NCBI GenBank assembly: GCA_000004985.1
Contig: GG738854.1
From: Naegleria gruberi
Lineage: Eukaryota
Length of the DNA: 64,000 nt
Reading direction: 5' to 3' (one strand)
Positions 42,309 through 53,801 of the stretch are shown here, in pieces (the stretch's first letter is position 1; every line of letters starts with the position of its first letter). The position numbers were made by a program, and so were the translations under genes. Under the pieces are notes generated by a model. The model made no database searches and was not told the DNA's origin. It saw only the letters and a list, made by a program, of their open reading frames with translations.

Positions 42309-44342
42309 ATGCAAGATTCCATTAGCACCAGTAGCTCTGGCAGTAGTAGTAGACAATTCATCAATCCAAGCTTGTTTAAACCATACTCCGCTACACCTTC
42401 TTCTGAGCAAGGTCAACAAGACGAAACAATTTACATTTCGGATAAACCATTTCCACTATTCGAATTCGATGCTACCAAAGAGAAATGGCAGATGAATCAA
42501 GATGCCTTTGCTAAATTAGAAACTGTGAGTGGTTCTGGCTTTGTGAAAGTAATTTCTGTGGTTGGTGCCTATCGTTTAGGTAAAAGTTATTTGATGAATC
42601 AGATAATGAATGGTAAGAAAGGAGGTTTCGAATTGGGACACACCACAGAGAGTATGACTAAAGGTGTATGGGCCTGGGGTGAGGTTGTTCATGATCCACA
42701 AGTTGGCACTCATATTCTTCTCTGTTTGGATTCTGAAGGTCTTTTAGATGTCGATAGAGAGGACGAAACTTTTGACATGTCACTTTTCTGCATATTGACA
42801 ATGTTGTCAAGTTATATGATTATCAATTTGGAAAAGAGAATAAGTAGCGATGATCTTAACAAGTTGGCTTTTGCATCTGATTTTACAAATATGATTGTCA
42901 CTGATCAACAAGATGACAAGGATTACAATCATGAAGATATTCAATATTATACTCCACAATTATTATGGCTAGTAAGAGATTTTACATTGAAATTGAAAGG
43001 AACAGAGCAAGAATACTTGAATGAGATATTAAATGAAGAGGATAAAAAGAAAAAGTCAAATGTCTCTCTAATTAAGAAGAATATTAAGAAGTATTTTGGT
43101 GACAAGATGGAGCTCAAGACTTTACCATGTCCAAGCAGTGATGAAGATGTATTGACAACCATTGAAGAGAGTGGTGATCAATTATCTGAGAAATTTGTTA
43201 ATGGAATGAAATCTTTGGTCAACCACATTAGAACAACAGCTTCCCTTAAAAAGATACTTTCTCCAAAGAGTAATCGTGAAATGTATCTCGACACAATGGG
43301 ATTTTACTATTATTGTAGAAAATTAGTGGAACAATTGAATGAAAATGCCAAACAAATTCAAATTCCAAACACATTCGAATCAGTCTTGACACAACAACTT
43401 GAATCTATTCTAAACGAAACGTTGGAGAATTATGATAAGAAGATTCAAAGCTTTATTGCTAAATTCCCAATTGAGGAAGATTCCCTCTTGGATATTCATA
43501 GTGAAGTTTCCAATTTTTATATGCAGAAAGCTCTCAATAGAGTTCCACATTTCAAGAGAGAAGAATTCCATGAAACTTTGTTGATTTCCCTTGGAGAAGT
43601 TTCGTTTAAGGATAATCCAGAAGAAGTTCAATTGAATTCTAGTTCCAAACTATACAATCTTCTTGAGAGAAACAGGGACGAATCTGAAAGATATTGTGAA
43701 CAAATCTATATTAAGGAAATTAATTCTGTCAAGTCAAAGATGTACTCTGTTGTTGAACAATGCAGAAGTGATTTGGAATTTGTTAGAGCTAATCTTCTTC
43801 AACAATTGATGGGTCCAGCTGCCAACAAGTACATGACTAAATTCTTCAGTGAATCCCAAGAAATAATGAAACAAACTATTCTCTGTCAAAAGATTGATCA
43901 AGCAGAGAAGGAAAAGGAGGTTTTAAAGGAGGAGATTTATAATATGAAAGAACAAAGAAAGCAACTGGTTGAGCTCATTCAAAAAGAACGAACACAAACA
44001 AACTCTGCCATGCAACAATTGCAGAGTCAACAACAAGCTCTCGAACAGCAAATTCAATTAGAAAAACAATCAGCCTCAAGTCAGATCAGTAACTTGAAAA
44101 ATCAATTGGAAAATATACCAAAGGCCACACCAACAGTCATTTACCAAACTGTTTCAGAGCCAAGCAAAAGTACTTGTAGTAGTAGTAGAAGTAGTAGATA
44201 TTACTCTAGCTCAGATGATGATGATTATTATTCAAGAGGTAGTAGAAGAAGCAGTGGTGGTAGAAGTGGAAAAACATTTTACAAAGGTGGCCAGTTTATT
44301 CCAGGTGGTGGAAGAGCTCCAAAAGGAGGCGTTTGGATGTAA
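42309..44342 (+). CDS. guanylate-binding-protein (GBP)-like large GTPase of the dynamin superfamily, with C-terminal coiled-coil and Ser/Arg/Gly-rich tail (about 677 aa from ATG 42309)
   Basis: GBP-type G-domain VISVVGAYRLGKSYLMNQIMNGKKGGFELGHTTESMTKGVWAWGE...ILLCLDSEGLLD...LSSYMIINL. Helical/coiled-coil region (QQLQSQQQALEQQIQLEKQ). Tail SSRSSRYYSSSDDDDYYSRGSRRSSGGRSGK. The track ORF starts further upstream (42150) at a non-ATG codon. Confidence 0.7.
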   Translation: MQDSISTSSSGSSSRQFINPSLFKPYSATPSSEQGQQDETIYISDKPFPLFEFDATKEKWQMNQDAFAKLETVSGSGFVKVISVVGAYRLGKSYLMNQIMNGKKGGFELGHTTESMTKGVWAWGEVVHDPQVGTHILLCLDSEGLLDVDREDETFDMSLFCILTMLSSYMIINLEKRISSDDLNKLAFASDFTNMIVTDQQDDKDYNHEDIQYYTPQLLWLVRDFTLKLKGTEQEYLNEILNEEDKKKKSNVSLIKKNIKKYFGDKMELKTLPCPSSDEDVLTTIEESGDQLSEKFVNGMKSLVNHIRTTASLKKILSPKSNREMYLDTMGFYYYCRKLVEQLNENAKQIQIPNTFESVLTQQLESILNETLENYDKKIQSFIAKFPIEEDSLLDIHSEVSNFYMQKALNRVPHFKREEFHETLLISLGEVSFKDNPEEVQLNSSSKLYNLLERNRDESERYCEQIYIKEINSVKSKMYSVVEQCRSDLEFVRANLLQQLMGPAANKYMTKFFSESQEIMKQTILCQKIDQAEKEKEVLKEEIYNMKEQRKQLVELIQKERTQTNSAMQQLQSQQQALEQQIQLEKQSASSQISNLKNQLENIPKATPTVIYQTVSEPSKSTCSSSRSSRYYSSSDDDDYYSRGSRRSSGGRSGKTFYKGGQFIPGGGRAPKGGVWM

Positions 44343-44709
44343 ATATTACTGTACATATATTAAGGTGTAAATAACAATAATTGAATGAAATACAAAGCAA
44401 TCGAAATCGAATAACAACTGTAAACTCCTCATTGTCTAAATATTCAACTATAAACAATTCCAAATTATCATAATGTTAATTAAAAAGTCTTGCAGTTCCT
44501 TTATTTAGATGTTGAAAATTTAGACTCTTCATTCCATGGACATCGAATTATTTGAATTTAGAGAGATTAGTGAATTCAGCAATTCTCAAGAACAAAAGCC
44601 AACTGTGGTATATCACAATTTGACATTGTTCTTTCGTTAAGACTCACTTGATCAGTTTGAAATTCAAACTAATTAGGGATGTCATGATTATGAGAGTTCA
44701 TTTTCTTAG

Positions 44710-45060
44710 TTAGCCAGCATTTTCTCTAATTCTAGAGGAAACGCAAGGAGTAGGTTGAGGAAATAGCCAGACTAAACAAGAAAGAAGGGCACATACTAAA
44801 ACTGTGATGACAATAATTGAAAAGGCACCTTTAGCGAATGGTAGCCAAACCTCTCTGTAGATAATTTTACCTATGAGGATTCCAATATCTTCCTTTGGAA
44901 TCTGAAAGAAAACTGTCTGATTATTATTGTTGATTACAGTGATGATATTGGTGGCAGTAGTTTGATTATTGATTATTATCGGATGATGGTTGTGTTCGGT
45001 TGTATGTACAAGAACAGTAAAAATGAAAAGTAAAGTAAAGAGTAGATTTACAGGCATTTT
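44710..45060 (-). CDS. small type I membrane protein (about 115 aa): signal peptide, short N/T-rich ectodomain, one TM, tail
   Basis: From the internal Met MPVNLLFTLLFIFTVLVHT (signal) ... TM AFSIIVITVLVCALLSCLVWLF. The ORF track lists a longer upstream extension (to 45165). Confidence 0.3.
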   Translation of the reverse strand, partial: KMPVNLLFTLLFIFTVLVHTTEHNHHPIIINNQTTATNIITVINNNNQTVFFQIPKEDIGILIGKIIYREVWLPFAKGAFSIIVITVLVCALLSCLVWLFPQPTPCVSSRIRENAG

Positions 45061-48000
45061 TTTGTGATAAAGATACCAGTAACTGTTTGATAACCGATAT
45101 TTAATACCAAAATGGTGAGGTGGGCACTTGGATACAAGAAATAATTTGGAAGCCTTGGTATCCACCTTTTGTTCAAAACAAATTGAATAAATGAAAAATA
45201 CTATTGTAAAGTTTTGAAGAAATCAAACTAAATAGTTTGTGTGGGAAAATGGTAAAATCAATTTTGTAAGCCAATATTGTCTATCACATCCAAGTACTGT
45301 TGGTTGAACATGAAGAATACTAAAAACAAGTTGTGGATGTTCACACATTAGTTTATTAAATTGAGATGTTTTAAACACACTTGCTTAAAACCGTTCGAGA
45401 CCGTACAAGTCCATTGTTGTATAGTTAGCCCAAGAATCACAATTGGAAACATTATCTATAGTCGTCGTCATTGGAATAGTCTCAGGAAATGAATTAGTTG
45501 ACAGCTGGAATGATTGATTCATTCTAATGGTTTGCAAAAATTCAATGAAAGAATCACTCATATTAATCTTTAGCTCACCTTGGCAACATTCTATTTTACA
45601 ATCTTCTTGCTCATCTGTTTTTGGTAACCTATTACAGTTGCCATTTAGCATGATTTCCTCTTTTGTATTGAAACCATCTGAGGAAAGTGATTGTAAAGTA
45701 GTAGTACCTGTCGTTGTCGTCGTACTCTGGGAAAGAGGAGAATTTGGATTGCTATTCACGGTATTAATTGGAAACAAAACAGCTTGTTCGTAATTGACCC
45801 CACTTGATGTGTTAAAATTGTTTGTTGAGGAGCATGTATTATCATGATTACAATATTGATGCCTACAGTCAAGAGGATATTGTTGATGGAGATGATGAAT
45901 ATTAGAGTAAGTGAGACTGCTGTTGCTATTACTACTTCTTGGTGATACACTAAAGTGGTTAAAGTAGTGTTGGTGATGGTGATTTGGAGAAATGGTGGTT
46001 GTGGAACTTATTCCACTTGGAAAGGTTGGGTGTTGTGGAGGTGTGGTTGATTGTTTCTTCGTCTTCTTTTGATGATATCTTGATGATGCTCATGAATTTT
46101 AATCGATCTTTTGTCGTTTCGTCCAGATCTTTTAGTTTAGTTTCGTGTCTGATTTTCTGTTCTCCTACTCGTAATTCAAAGTAATTTTGTCTAAAGTTTG
46201 TGTTATTGATTTCCTTCTTCAATTTTCTAATCCCTCCTTTGCAGTCAATTGGTGGTGTGAATGTTGTGGATGATGAGTCATCTGACAACACTTTCTGTTT
46301 ATTTGTCATGGCTGGTTTAGGTTTTAAAGGTTTTTTTTTAACAGTCCAAATGTGAAATTCACTTGTACGGTTTCGTCTAAATACTTTCGGCAGCACCGGC
46401 GCAAACAAAGGAAACCCTCAAAAAACATGGATGAATGATGGCAAACCTGGAAGGGTACTTTGTGTAGATCAACAAGAATATGAGCCACCAAACAAGTTTG
46501 CAAAGCAATACGTTTCTACTGCAAGCTCAGCAAAATAATCTGCAACACATAAATTATTCGATATTACCTCTGCATATGATCATTTCGTTACATTCCCAAA
46601 CTCAAACCTTACCAAATCACAAAGTAGAAAAAGCAATTTTGGGTTGTGAAATTGGTCTCTTGCCATTTTTCCCGAATTTGTGATATCATAAACATCAGAG
46701 AACATTAACAAACTGCAATGATATCAATATTAATTCTTTCTTTGCATTGTCCTTTGGGTCTCTTCTTACGCGCACAATCTGCATTGACTCTTCGTATTTG
46801 CTTTAGTCAAAAACAGATTTTTCTATTCTTGTTAATAGGACCAAAATAACCTCATTAAGGATTAATATATCACTAACTGAGTGCCTAATCAAGTCGGTAC
46901 TTGAACGGTTTTTTGTCCTTACTGAGAGGTTGAGCAAATTGAATGTGTATGACTCATTATTTTGTTCCATTAAATTAGCTTGATGTTTTTTCTTCCCACA
47001 TGTTAAATGATTTAATTAAGTTATGGTGATGATGATGAATTTGACCAGCTGATAGAGTCATTTTCATGATCAAATACATCCCGATTCATTCCTTTCTATA
47101 CATATAATTTCATTACCACAACAAACAATAAATTCATAAAGTGGCAAAGTCAATATTTTCCTAATTGCTTGCCAAATTCCAATATTGGAGAAATACATAG
47201 ATGATAATCGCCATGATGTTATTATTACCAGGGTTCTCCACAGGGTTAATAATTAAAAAGGAAAAGCTGGTTTTGTATTGAGCTTGTATTTTTTTGGAAC
47301 AGGTAAATAGAATTGTTTTGGATTGTGTGTTTATTGAAAATTTTGTTGGGATGAAGTGGGTGTTTTCACCGGAGCAGCAGTTTGCATGTCCGCACAAGCA
47401 AACGCCAGCGTGAAGGTCTGGTTCTTGGTAGCTGTGTGCTGATAACACCATCCAATCAACAGCTATGATACATCATCGTGCAAATGAAAATTTGAAATTT
47501 TCAACATTACGTCAATTGACTACTAAAATTATTATTTGTCTATGTTGATGATATTTGTATTAATTGATATGATTCAATAATATTACTCATTCCGAAGCTT
47601 TACATCACAGTACAAGTAGCCACGTAACAAAACTGCATCCACAACAAATTCATTTTTTATATTTGCAACGGCTAGCGATGGCGGTACGCAACTAAAACAG
47701 AACTATAACGAAAAGCTTGATACCAATCGGCAGCAAACTGCTGCTCCTGTGGAGAACCCTGATTATTACTCTGTCCAGATCTAAAAAAGGGTAAGTAACG
47801 TCAAGATTATATTATTATTTTCCACTTGCGATTTACTAGTAGGAACAAATGCAAAAGTGGCCCTGAGGGTACATCCCATTAAGAACATTGATTACAATCT
47901 TTGCATCCGTAGTTGAAGAAGGTGGGAAGTCGAGTCTTTTTGTTTTATTAAAAATAAATTATTAATAATTTAATTTTTAAATGCTATAATAGAGAGCAAA

Positions 48001-48099
48001 ACGATTAAGGTTCAATTAGAGGAGAAGATTAAAGAGGAATTTTAAGAAATAACAATATTCACCACGGTGATAAAAATATATTTCAAATTTTACAAAAAA

Positions 48100-49247
48100 A
48101 TGTTTAAATTGCAAAATGTACTTTTTCTTCGGAATAATTTATTTGGATTGAAATTAGCAAGAATTAATGCACAACAACAACATCAAATGCATACAAAATG
48201 TTCTCAACAAGCTTATACATGGAAATCGGAAATATTAGCAAATGAATTTTCACTATTGACTGATGAAAAGATGAATTCTGCTCCCTTCCGATTTATTCAA
48301 CCCTTGTTGAGACACTTTTCGGAAAGAGTTAATAATATGGAGAATGTTGGAGGTTTTAAAGAACCAATACCTGTTCAATATTTAAATGATTTGAGTTGTT
48401 CAATGATGAAGAATATTCAATTTTCAACAAGCATGACTGATGATAGTGAATGGTTTAGGAAATTAAAATTTGTGGATCAGGACTTTATTATGGCCAATGT
48501 ATCGTCCGAAAAATTGGAAGAAGGGTTTTGGTATGAGAGGCATATTTGTGAAACGAGTCAAGTTCCTACTCGATTCAATAATTTGCACGATTTTTATGGG
48601 TTTCTGATATGGATGACCTTTCCAAAGACAAAGAGATTGTTCAATTTGTTGCATAATCAAAACATGTTGGAGAGGGATAATCCACATTGTAAGAAGAGAT
48701 CACCCACACAAAATTTCCTTACACTTTTTGATGAGTGTGGTGTGTTGGTGTGTATTGAGGAAAATCATTTCGAGGAGTTGAAGAGTTTGCTATACAACAT
48801 GGAATTTAAAGAACTATTTTGGAAGAGGAGAGAGGTAGTGGAGGAAAACATGCTGTTTATCAATTTTGGACATTCAATATTGGAAATGCTTACAATGAGA
48901 CCTTACATTGGATATACCACAAAGTTTACAGCCGTACCTGTTAATTCTGAAACATGTAAGTCTTTAATCGCCAACTTTTGTTCACAGAGATAGTTAGGAA
49001 TATTCACTCAAACATTACAAATAGCCCCTCAAAGGAAATTGATAACCTTGTGGAGTGTTACAAAACTTTAGATAATATTGCATTGGATTTATTTCAAAAT
49101 CAGAAAACATACGACATTGATATTCAAAACACAAAATCTTTACGCCCATTACCTGTCCTAGGAATACCTCAATGGTGGCCAAACCAAAACGAAGATTTCT
49201 ACAACAATCAACAATATTTCAGAAGGAAGCCAGAATTAAACACATAA
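48100..49247 (+). CDS. hypothetical conserved-looking protein (about 370 aa). Proposed two exons 48100..48955 and 48994..49247, joined by a 38-nt intron (GTAAGT...GATAG). C-terminal motif LPVLGIPQWWPNQNEDFYNNQQYF
   Basis: ORF 48067..48993 (first ATG at 48100) is followed in another frame by ORF 48978..49247. Splicing at ACAT|GTAAGT ... GAGATAG|TT keeps the frame (phase 1), giving ...AVPVNSETFRNIHSNITNSPSKE... The alternative reading is that the gene simply ends at the TAG at 48991. Confidence 0.35.
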
Positions 49248-49296
49248 ATAAGGCAATATGACGCGAAATTTGCCTTTCGGGAGTATAGAATGAGCA

Positions 49297-49369
49297 GCCC
49301 CGCTAGCTCAGTCGGTAGAGCGTTGGACTTTTAATCCAACGGTCGTGGGTTCGAGCCCCACGTGGGGCG
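49297..49369 (+). tRNA. tRNA-Lys (anticodon UUU), 73 nt, second copy
   Basis: GCCCCGCUAGCUCAGUCGGUAGAGCGUUGGACUUUUAAUCCAACGGUCGUGGGUUCGAGCCCCACGUGGGGCG. Canonical cloverleaf followed by a T10 run (pol III terminator). Shares 5' flank AATGAGCA and 3' flank GTTG[TC]AATTTT with the copy at 6770..6842. Confidence 0.9.
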
Positions 49370-49639
49370 GTTGCAATTTTTTTTTTGCGCCTTAACGTTT
49401 TTTTGAGAGTTCTAGCATTTGTTGAAACTCTATTAAGAAAAAATAAGACAACATCTTGTTCTAAGGAACCTGCTGTTATTAAGAAATCCGCTCTGCAATT
49501 AATACCCTTGTTAATTACAGAGAAATCACACAATACAATAGAATCAAATTGGTTAAATTGTGATTAAGCTCCATCACCATTTCGAATTATATTCAATTCT
49601 ATATAATATTATTATTCAATCCTAACCACTCGGAAGAAC

Positions 49640-50947
49640 ATGGTCACTCTCAGATTTTGTCTCTACGATTTTGCTTCATCCCTCGATGAATTGAATATGA
49701 AGCACAGAATGTTAAGCCTAATTAATCATTCTCAATTTTCTGATATTTCCCTCCAATGTCAATCCCTTAAAAGCACTGATGAAGAAATTCGGTTTGAATT
49801 TCCGAAACTCTTCACCACCAGAGACTGGACAACAAGAAGAGAAACAATTATATGGACAAACTTTGGTGAAAGCCTGGTACTCATTGCTCAAATCCATAGA
49901 AAATCATTTCCTCTCTACTCGATTATCATTTCCCAAATTTTAAAGCAATATGAAATGTTTACCAATTCAAAAGATCTTTGTGTCCATTTCAATCCGTGGT
50001 TACATTCGGATAAGATTGTTGATATTGATATTCCTAGATACCTTCCATTGAGCAATCCATTCCTTTCCTATTCAAAATTTAATAAGGAAAGATTTCAGAA
50101 ATTGTTTGGTTGTGTATTTGGAGATGATGTATCATTCATGCCTGAATCTGTGCAACAATTACTTAGTTCAAAGAGAAATATCTTTAATGCAAGTCCTATT
50201 TCAATAGGAAACCTCCATCAGAGAACAACAGTTCTCTCCAAGCTTATTACCCTTCCTCATTATGATCCAATTATGGAAGATTTGATTGAGTTTTTATATG
50301 AAATGTGTTATGATTTGAGTCCATTATCGTTTGTGGTTGGAACGTCTGCTAATCATGATTTGGCTTTAATGGAAAGAGATGTTTTTCAATTATTGGTTGA
50401 TCTGGAAAGTCCTGTTCTAGGTTTTGGAGATACCAATAATCCAAAATTTAGGAATAGATTATCAACCATTCTTAGATTATTAGAAAATGAAGATGATTTT
50501 AATTATTACTTTACTTCAAAAAGAAGAAAACATGTAGAAACTCCAATAGATAATAGTGATATTTATTATCTTTCTCAAATTTCTCAATATATTGAGATGC
50601 CTTCCAGATTACATACCCCAACTCTGAGGACGAATCAAGAAGAAAAGTATTTAGAAGCAAGTTACAAGTTAAAAACTGAAGTTGAGAATAATGACAGATT
50701 TGTAAATGCTCCTCTCTTAAATTATAGAAGAAAGGTTGCAGAAAATGTTAAAAAACTGAGAACAACAACCTTTAGCGAATATCCTAAAGTAATCAAACTT
50801 GCCCTTAAGACATCAATTGCTAGTAGTTACAGACGTGACCATTTAGTTGGATTAGGAACTCATTATGGCACCACAATATTAGAGGTAACCAATAGACGTA
50901 AATTAGAGTATAGAATTTACCAACTCAGAAAGTTTTTGGGTTTTTGA
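49640..50947 (+). CDS. hypothetical protein (435 aa), no recognisable domain
   Basis: Single ORF with ATG at 49640, typical codon usage, ends 3 nt before the convergent 7TM-RGS gene. Confidence 0.4.
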   Translation: MVTLRFCLYDFASSLDELNMKHRMLSLINHSQFSDISLQCQSLKSTDEEIRFEFPKLFTTRDWTTRRETIIWTNFGESLVLIAQIHRKSFPLYSIIISQILKQYEMFTNSKDLCVHFNPWLHSDKIVDIDIPRYLPLSNPFLSYSKFNKERFQKLFGCVFGDDVSFMPESVQQLLSSKRNIFNASPISIGNLHQRTTVLSKLITLPHYDPIMEDLIEFLYEMCYDLSPLSFVVGTSANHDLALMERDVFQLLVDLESPVLGFGDTNNPKFRNRLSTILRLLENEDDFNYYFTSKRRKHVETPIDNSDIYYLSQISQYIEMPSRLHTPTLRTNQEEKYLEASYKLKTEVENNDRFVNAPLLNYRRKVAENVKKLRTTTFSEYPKVIKLALKTSIASSYRRDHLVGLGTHYGTTILEVTNRRKLEYRIYQLRKFLGF

Positions 50948-50949
50948 GA

Positions 50950-53061
50950 TTACAAATCGTCAACTCCATTCACTATAACTGCTTCTTTCTTGTGGAGGTC
51001 ATAGATATGCTTCCACTCTGTGTATTGTTTAGTTCTCCTCAATCTAGAGAATGTATCATAAATGTTCAGAGCAAGCTCTGGTAGTAAAATATTGAGAATA
51101 TCTTGTCTATTGAGAATGTACTCATCTGGTAAATTCTGTTGATCCATTTCAATACAGAATTGAAGATAGGCCTTCCTAGATCTAGCACTTATGTTGACCT
51201 CAAATTTGGCATAACTTTTGATGAAGGTGTGGAATATATCTTTCATTCCAGCAACTGATACCTGTTTAGAATAGTCAGCAATCATTAGTTTTTCAAAAAG
51301 GAGGTAATTTTCATAGGAGCTTTCATTAATAGAGTACTCTTTGAAAAGCTCTCTTACATCCTTATTCGCAACTAAAATCCTTTCAATAGCCGTAATATCT
51401 TTCGATTCTGTACTGTTGTGCTTTGAATTGGAACCTCTTCTCCTTACGAAACCTCTTATTGAATAATAAATCTCAATAATCATTGCATTACCACCATAGA
51501 AGAAGAACATTACGAGCGCAATCGCTATTCTCACTGCCAAATTTACTGAAGTAGCCGATGATGAATTATTTGGTGTAATAATAATGAAAATAACCAGCAA
51601 GATCACAATGGCTAAGAAAACCATGAGGTCAATTCTGATATAAGCTGGATCATCAAAGAGTAAAAACTTTGCCAATCCTCCCTCCTTAATATTCTTCCTA
51701 TTGATTATCATATCAATTGCAATGCACAATAGAGCAAAGAAACATCCAATCAGAGTAATAATGAAAATATACAAGGTGAATGAAATGAATATCTTGTAAG
51801 GATCCAATACAATGATAATTACAATTGGTATCAGCAAAATCACAGCAAATATCACTGAAAATAAGAGAACCAACACAACTCCAACTGTACTCGATGCAAG
51901 TCTCCTCAGCACCTGAGTATATCTTCCATTCAGTTTCCTGATGAGAACATATAAATTTCTCAAATAAATCCATCTCACAATACTGAGAGCATACACCAAA
52001 CACATTATATTGAACACAAACAATGATGCCAATGAGCTAGCAGTCGCACAATTCACTCTAAACGGAGCTGTCCACAAATTGGTATAGAGAAATGCACAAG
52101 CTGGACATAAATACGGAATCAACAATCTTCTCTTCAGTGAAGGTCTCTTAAACATTCCAAATAGAAAGAAAACCACGTAAAATGAAACATAAACAAAGAA
52201 CATGGTATAATTGGAGAAATCTAGTGGAGTAAAATCGGAATAACTCATACATGCACTTGTGGAACAGTCAGAACAGGTTGCATTCCACAGGATCATTTCA
52301 GATTGATGACTTTGTATGAATTCTGAAATATTCCTTTCGTATAATAATACTTGATTGACAATATTCCAATCAGGTGTTAATCGAATAGATCGAATTCTTT
52401 CAATTTTAGAAATATCCTCTGTTGAGAAATTCAGAAAATTTCTTCCTCTATCCAAAACTATCATGTCATGTAAATTCGAAACTTTACAATCATTCGAATA
52501 TAAAATCAAATTCGTCCTCGTATCCACCTCCTTCTTTAAAATTGAAACTTTCTGATCTAATCCCCCAGAATCAACAATTAACTGCGAAGGAAATATTGGA
52601 AACATTACAAAATCCGAAATTTCATAACCCTCCTTTCGAATACTTTTCTTGGGCGAAATATAACGATTCCTTCTCACTGCAAATGTAAAAACACTAGAAG
52701 GTGCCAAAATTCCATCATAATTATCAAAGAAATGTCCAATAAAACAATCCGAATAGAAATAATCAACTTGTACAAGTGACATTTTGAAACTGGACGAAAC
52801 TTCATTCCAAATCTGAGAACAAGGTTGCGAATTTTGACAAGCTATTCGAAGGTTTGTGTGATTTGCAATTCTATCATTTAGAATAAACAAGGAGAATGTA
52901 TCAAATGCTCCAATAATTTTAGAATTATTTAAAAGATTCGAATAGAATATTGTACTGTTTTCTTGGCCGAAAGTAAAATATTTCATCAACACAGTGATTG
53001 TGATAATCGTCAGAAATGCGTCAAATTTGATGGGCCTAGTCGGTATTAGTATTAGATTCAT
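50950..53061 (-). CDS. 7TM-RGS protein: signal peptide, about 290-aa Cys/N-glyco-rich ectodomain, seven TM helices, C-terminal RGS domain (about 703 aa from ATG 53061)
   Basis: Seven hydrophobic helices (MFFVYVSFYVVFFLFGMF ... AVRIAIALVMFFFYGGNAMIIEIY). C-terminal RGS box ...DVRELFKEYSINESSYENYLLFEKLMIADY...IFHTFIKSYAKFEVNISARSRKAY..., which matches the RGS consensus (F-x-x-F-L-x-x-E-F-S-x-E-N-L-x-F-W ... E-V-N-[IL]-D-x-x-T-R). The track start at 53094 is TTG; the first ATG is at 53061 (MNLILIPT...). Confidence 0.65.
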   Translation of the reverse strand: MNLILIPTRPIKFDAFLTIITITVLMKYFTFGQENSTIFYSNLLNNSKIIGAFDTFSLFILNDRIANHTNLRIACQNSQPCSQIWNEVSSSFKMSLVQVDYFYSDCFIGHFFDNYDGILAPSSVFTFAVRRNRYISPKKSIRKEGYEISDFVMFPIFPSQLIVDSGGLDQKVSILKKEVDTRTNLILYSNDCKVSNLHDMIVLDRGRNFLNFSTEDISKIERIRSIRLTPDWNIVNQVLLYERNISEFIQSHQSEMILWNATCSDCSTSACMSYSDFTPLDFSNYTMFFVYVSFYVVFFLFGMFKRPSLKRRLLIPYLCPACAFLYTNLWTAPFRVNCATASSLASLFVFNIMCLVYALSIVRWIYLRNLYVLIRKLNGRYTQVLRRLASSTVGVVLVLLFSVIFAVILLIPIVIIIVLDPYKIFISFTLYIFIITLIGCFFALLCIAIDMIINRKNIKEGGLAKFLLFDDPAYIRIDLMVFLAIVILLVIFIIITPNNSSSATSVNLAVRIAIALVMFFFYGGNAMIIEIYYSIRGFVRRRGSNSKHNSTESKDITAIERILVANKDVRELFKEYSINESSYENYLLFEKLMIADYSKQVSVAGMKDIFHTFIKSYAKFEVNISARSRKAYLQFCIEMDQQNLPDEYILNRQDILNILLPELALNIYDTFSRLRRTKQYTEWKHIYDLHKKEAVIVNGVDDL

Positions 53062-53801
53062 TTTTTTTTTCTGTTGAAATCTGTCAGTGCTCAAGATTAG
53101 TGAAATCTCCTTTTGACATTTTGACGACAGGATAGTAAAAGGAAGCGAATTAACGATTGTGCTTTTTCAAGAAAGAATCTGGATAAGCAAGTTAGTCTGT
53201 AATAGAGAACATGTTTACAATACATATTCATTATTCGAAACTTGTTGTAAACTAAATATGTTTTTCTCAAACACAAATGTAACATTAAGGTTTCTAAACA
53301 AGATCACAAAGGAAATTCGAAGGCTAAATTCCCCTGTCTTTCGAATAAAAATATGCGGTTTGGTTGACCACTTCACATTTAGTAATTTTTCTGAGCTACA
53401 TATTTGGAAATTTTATTGCATATTCGAAATATTGGTTCGGCTTTTCAATTTTTAAAAAAACTTCTTTTGAAAAAAACTGTCGCAAACTTGCAACTGAAAT
53501 TCGTCCAGTTTCGAATTGGACTTTTTTTACACATTTTGAAAACAAACTAATCTTAGTTTGTAGAACTTATTCGCATTTAGAAACTAGTTCCAGAAGTTGA
53601 TAAAAAGAAGTCAACCACATCGTATCTGTGATATTCGAAACCTGTCAATTCAATTAGCAATACAAAAAAAAAATCTAATTAGTCCACCATCAACGACAAT
53701 TGACACTTCATCATCTGGATAACCCAACATACTAATATTATTACTTTATACAAATTTTGTTACTACTCCATCCAAGTTTCGAATAACGTTTTTCAAAAAG
53801 A

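Noticed and set aside
45385-46408. Possible bZIP-like basic region (RKLKKEINNTNFRQNYFELR) in the fragmented minus-strand ORFs 45959..46408 and 45385..45777
   Set aside because: It does not fit the N-x-x-A-A-x-x-[CS]-R bZIP signature and there is no leucine heptad after it. The gene structure could not be resolved. Left as an unannotated hypothetical region.
49303-49533. 76-aa minus-strand ORF overlapping the tRNA-Lys gene
   Set aside because: It is entirely antisense to, and overlapping, a perfectly folded tRNA with no other coding signal. Spurious ORF.
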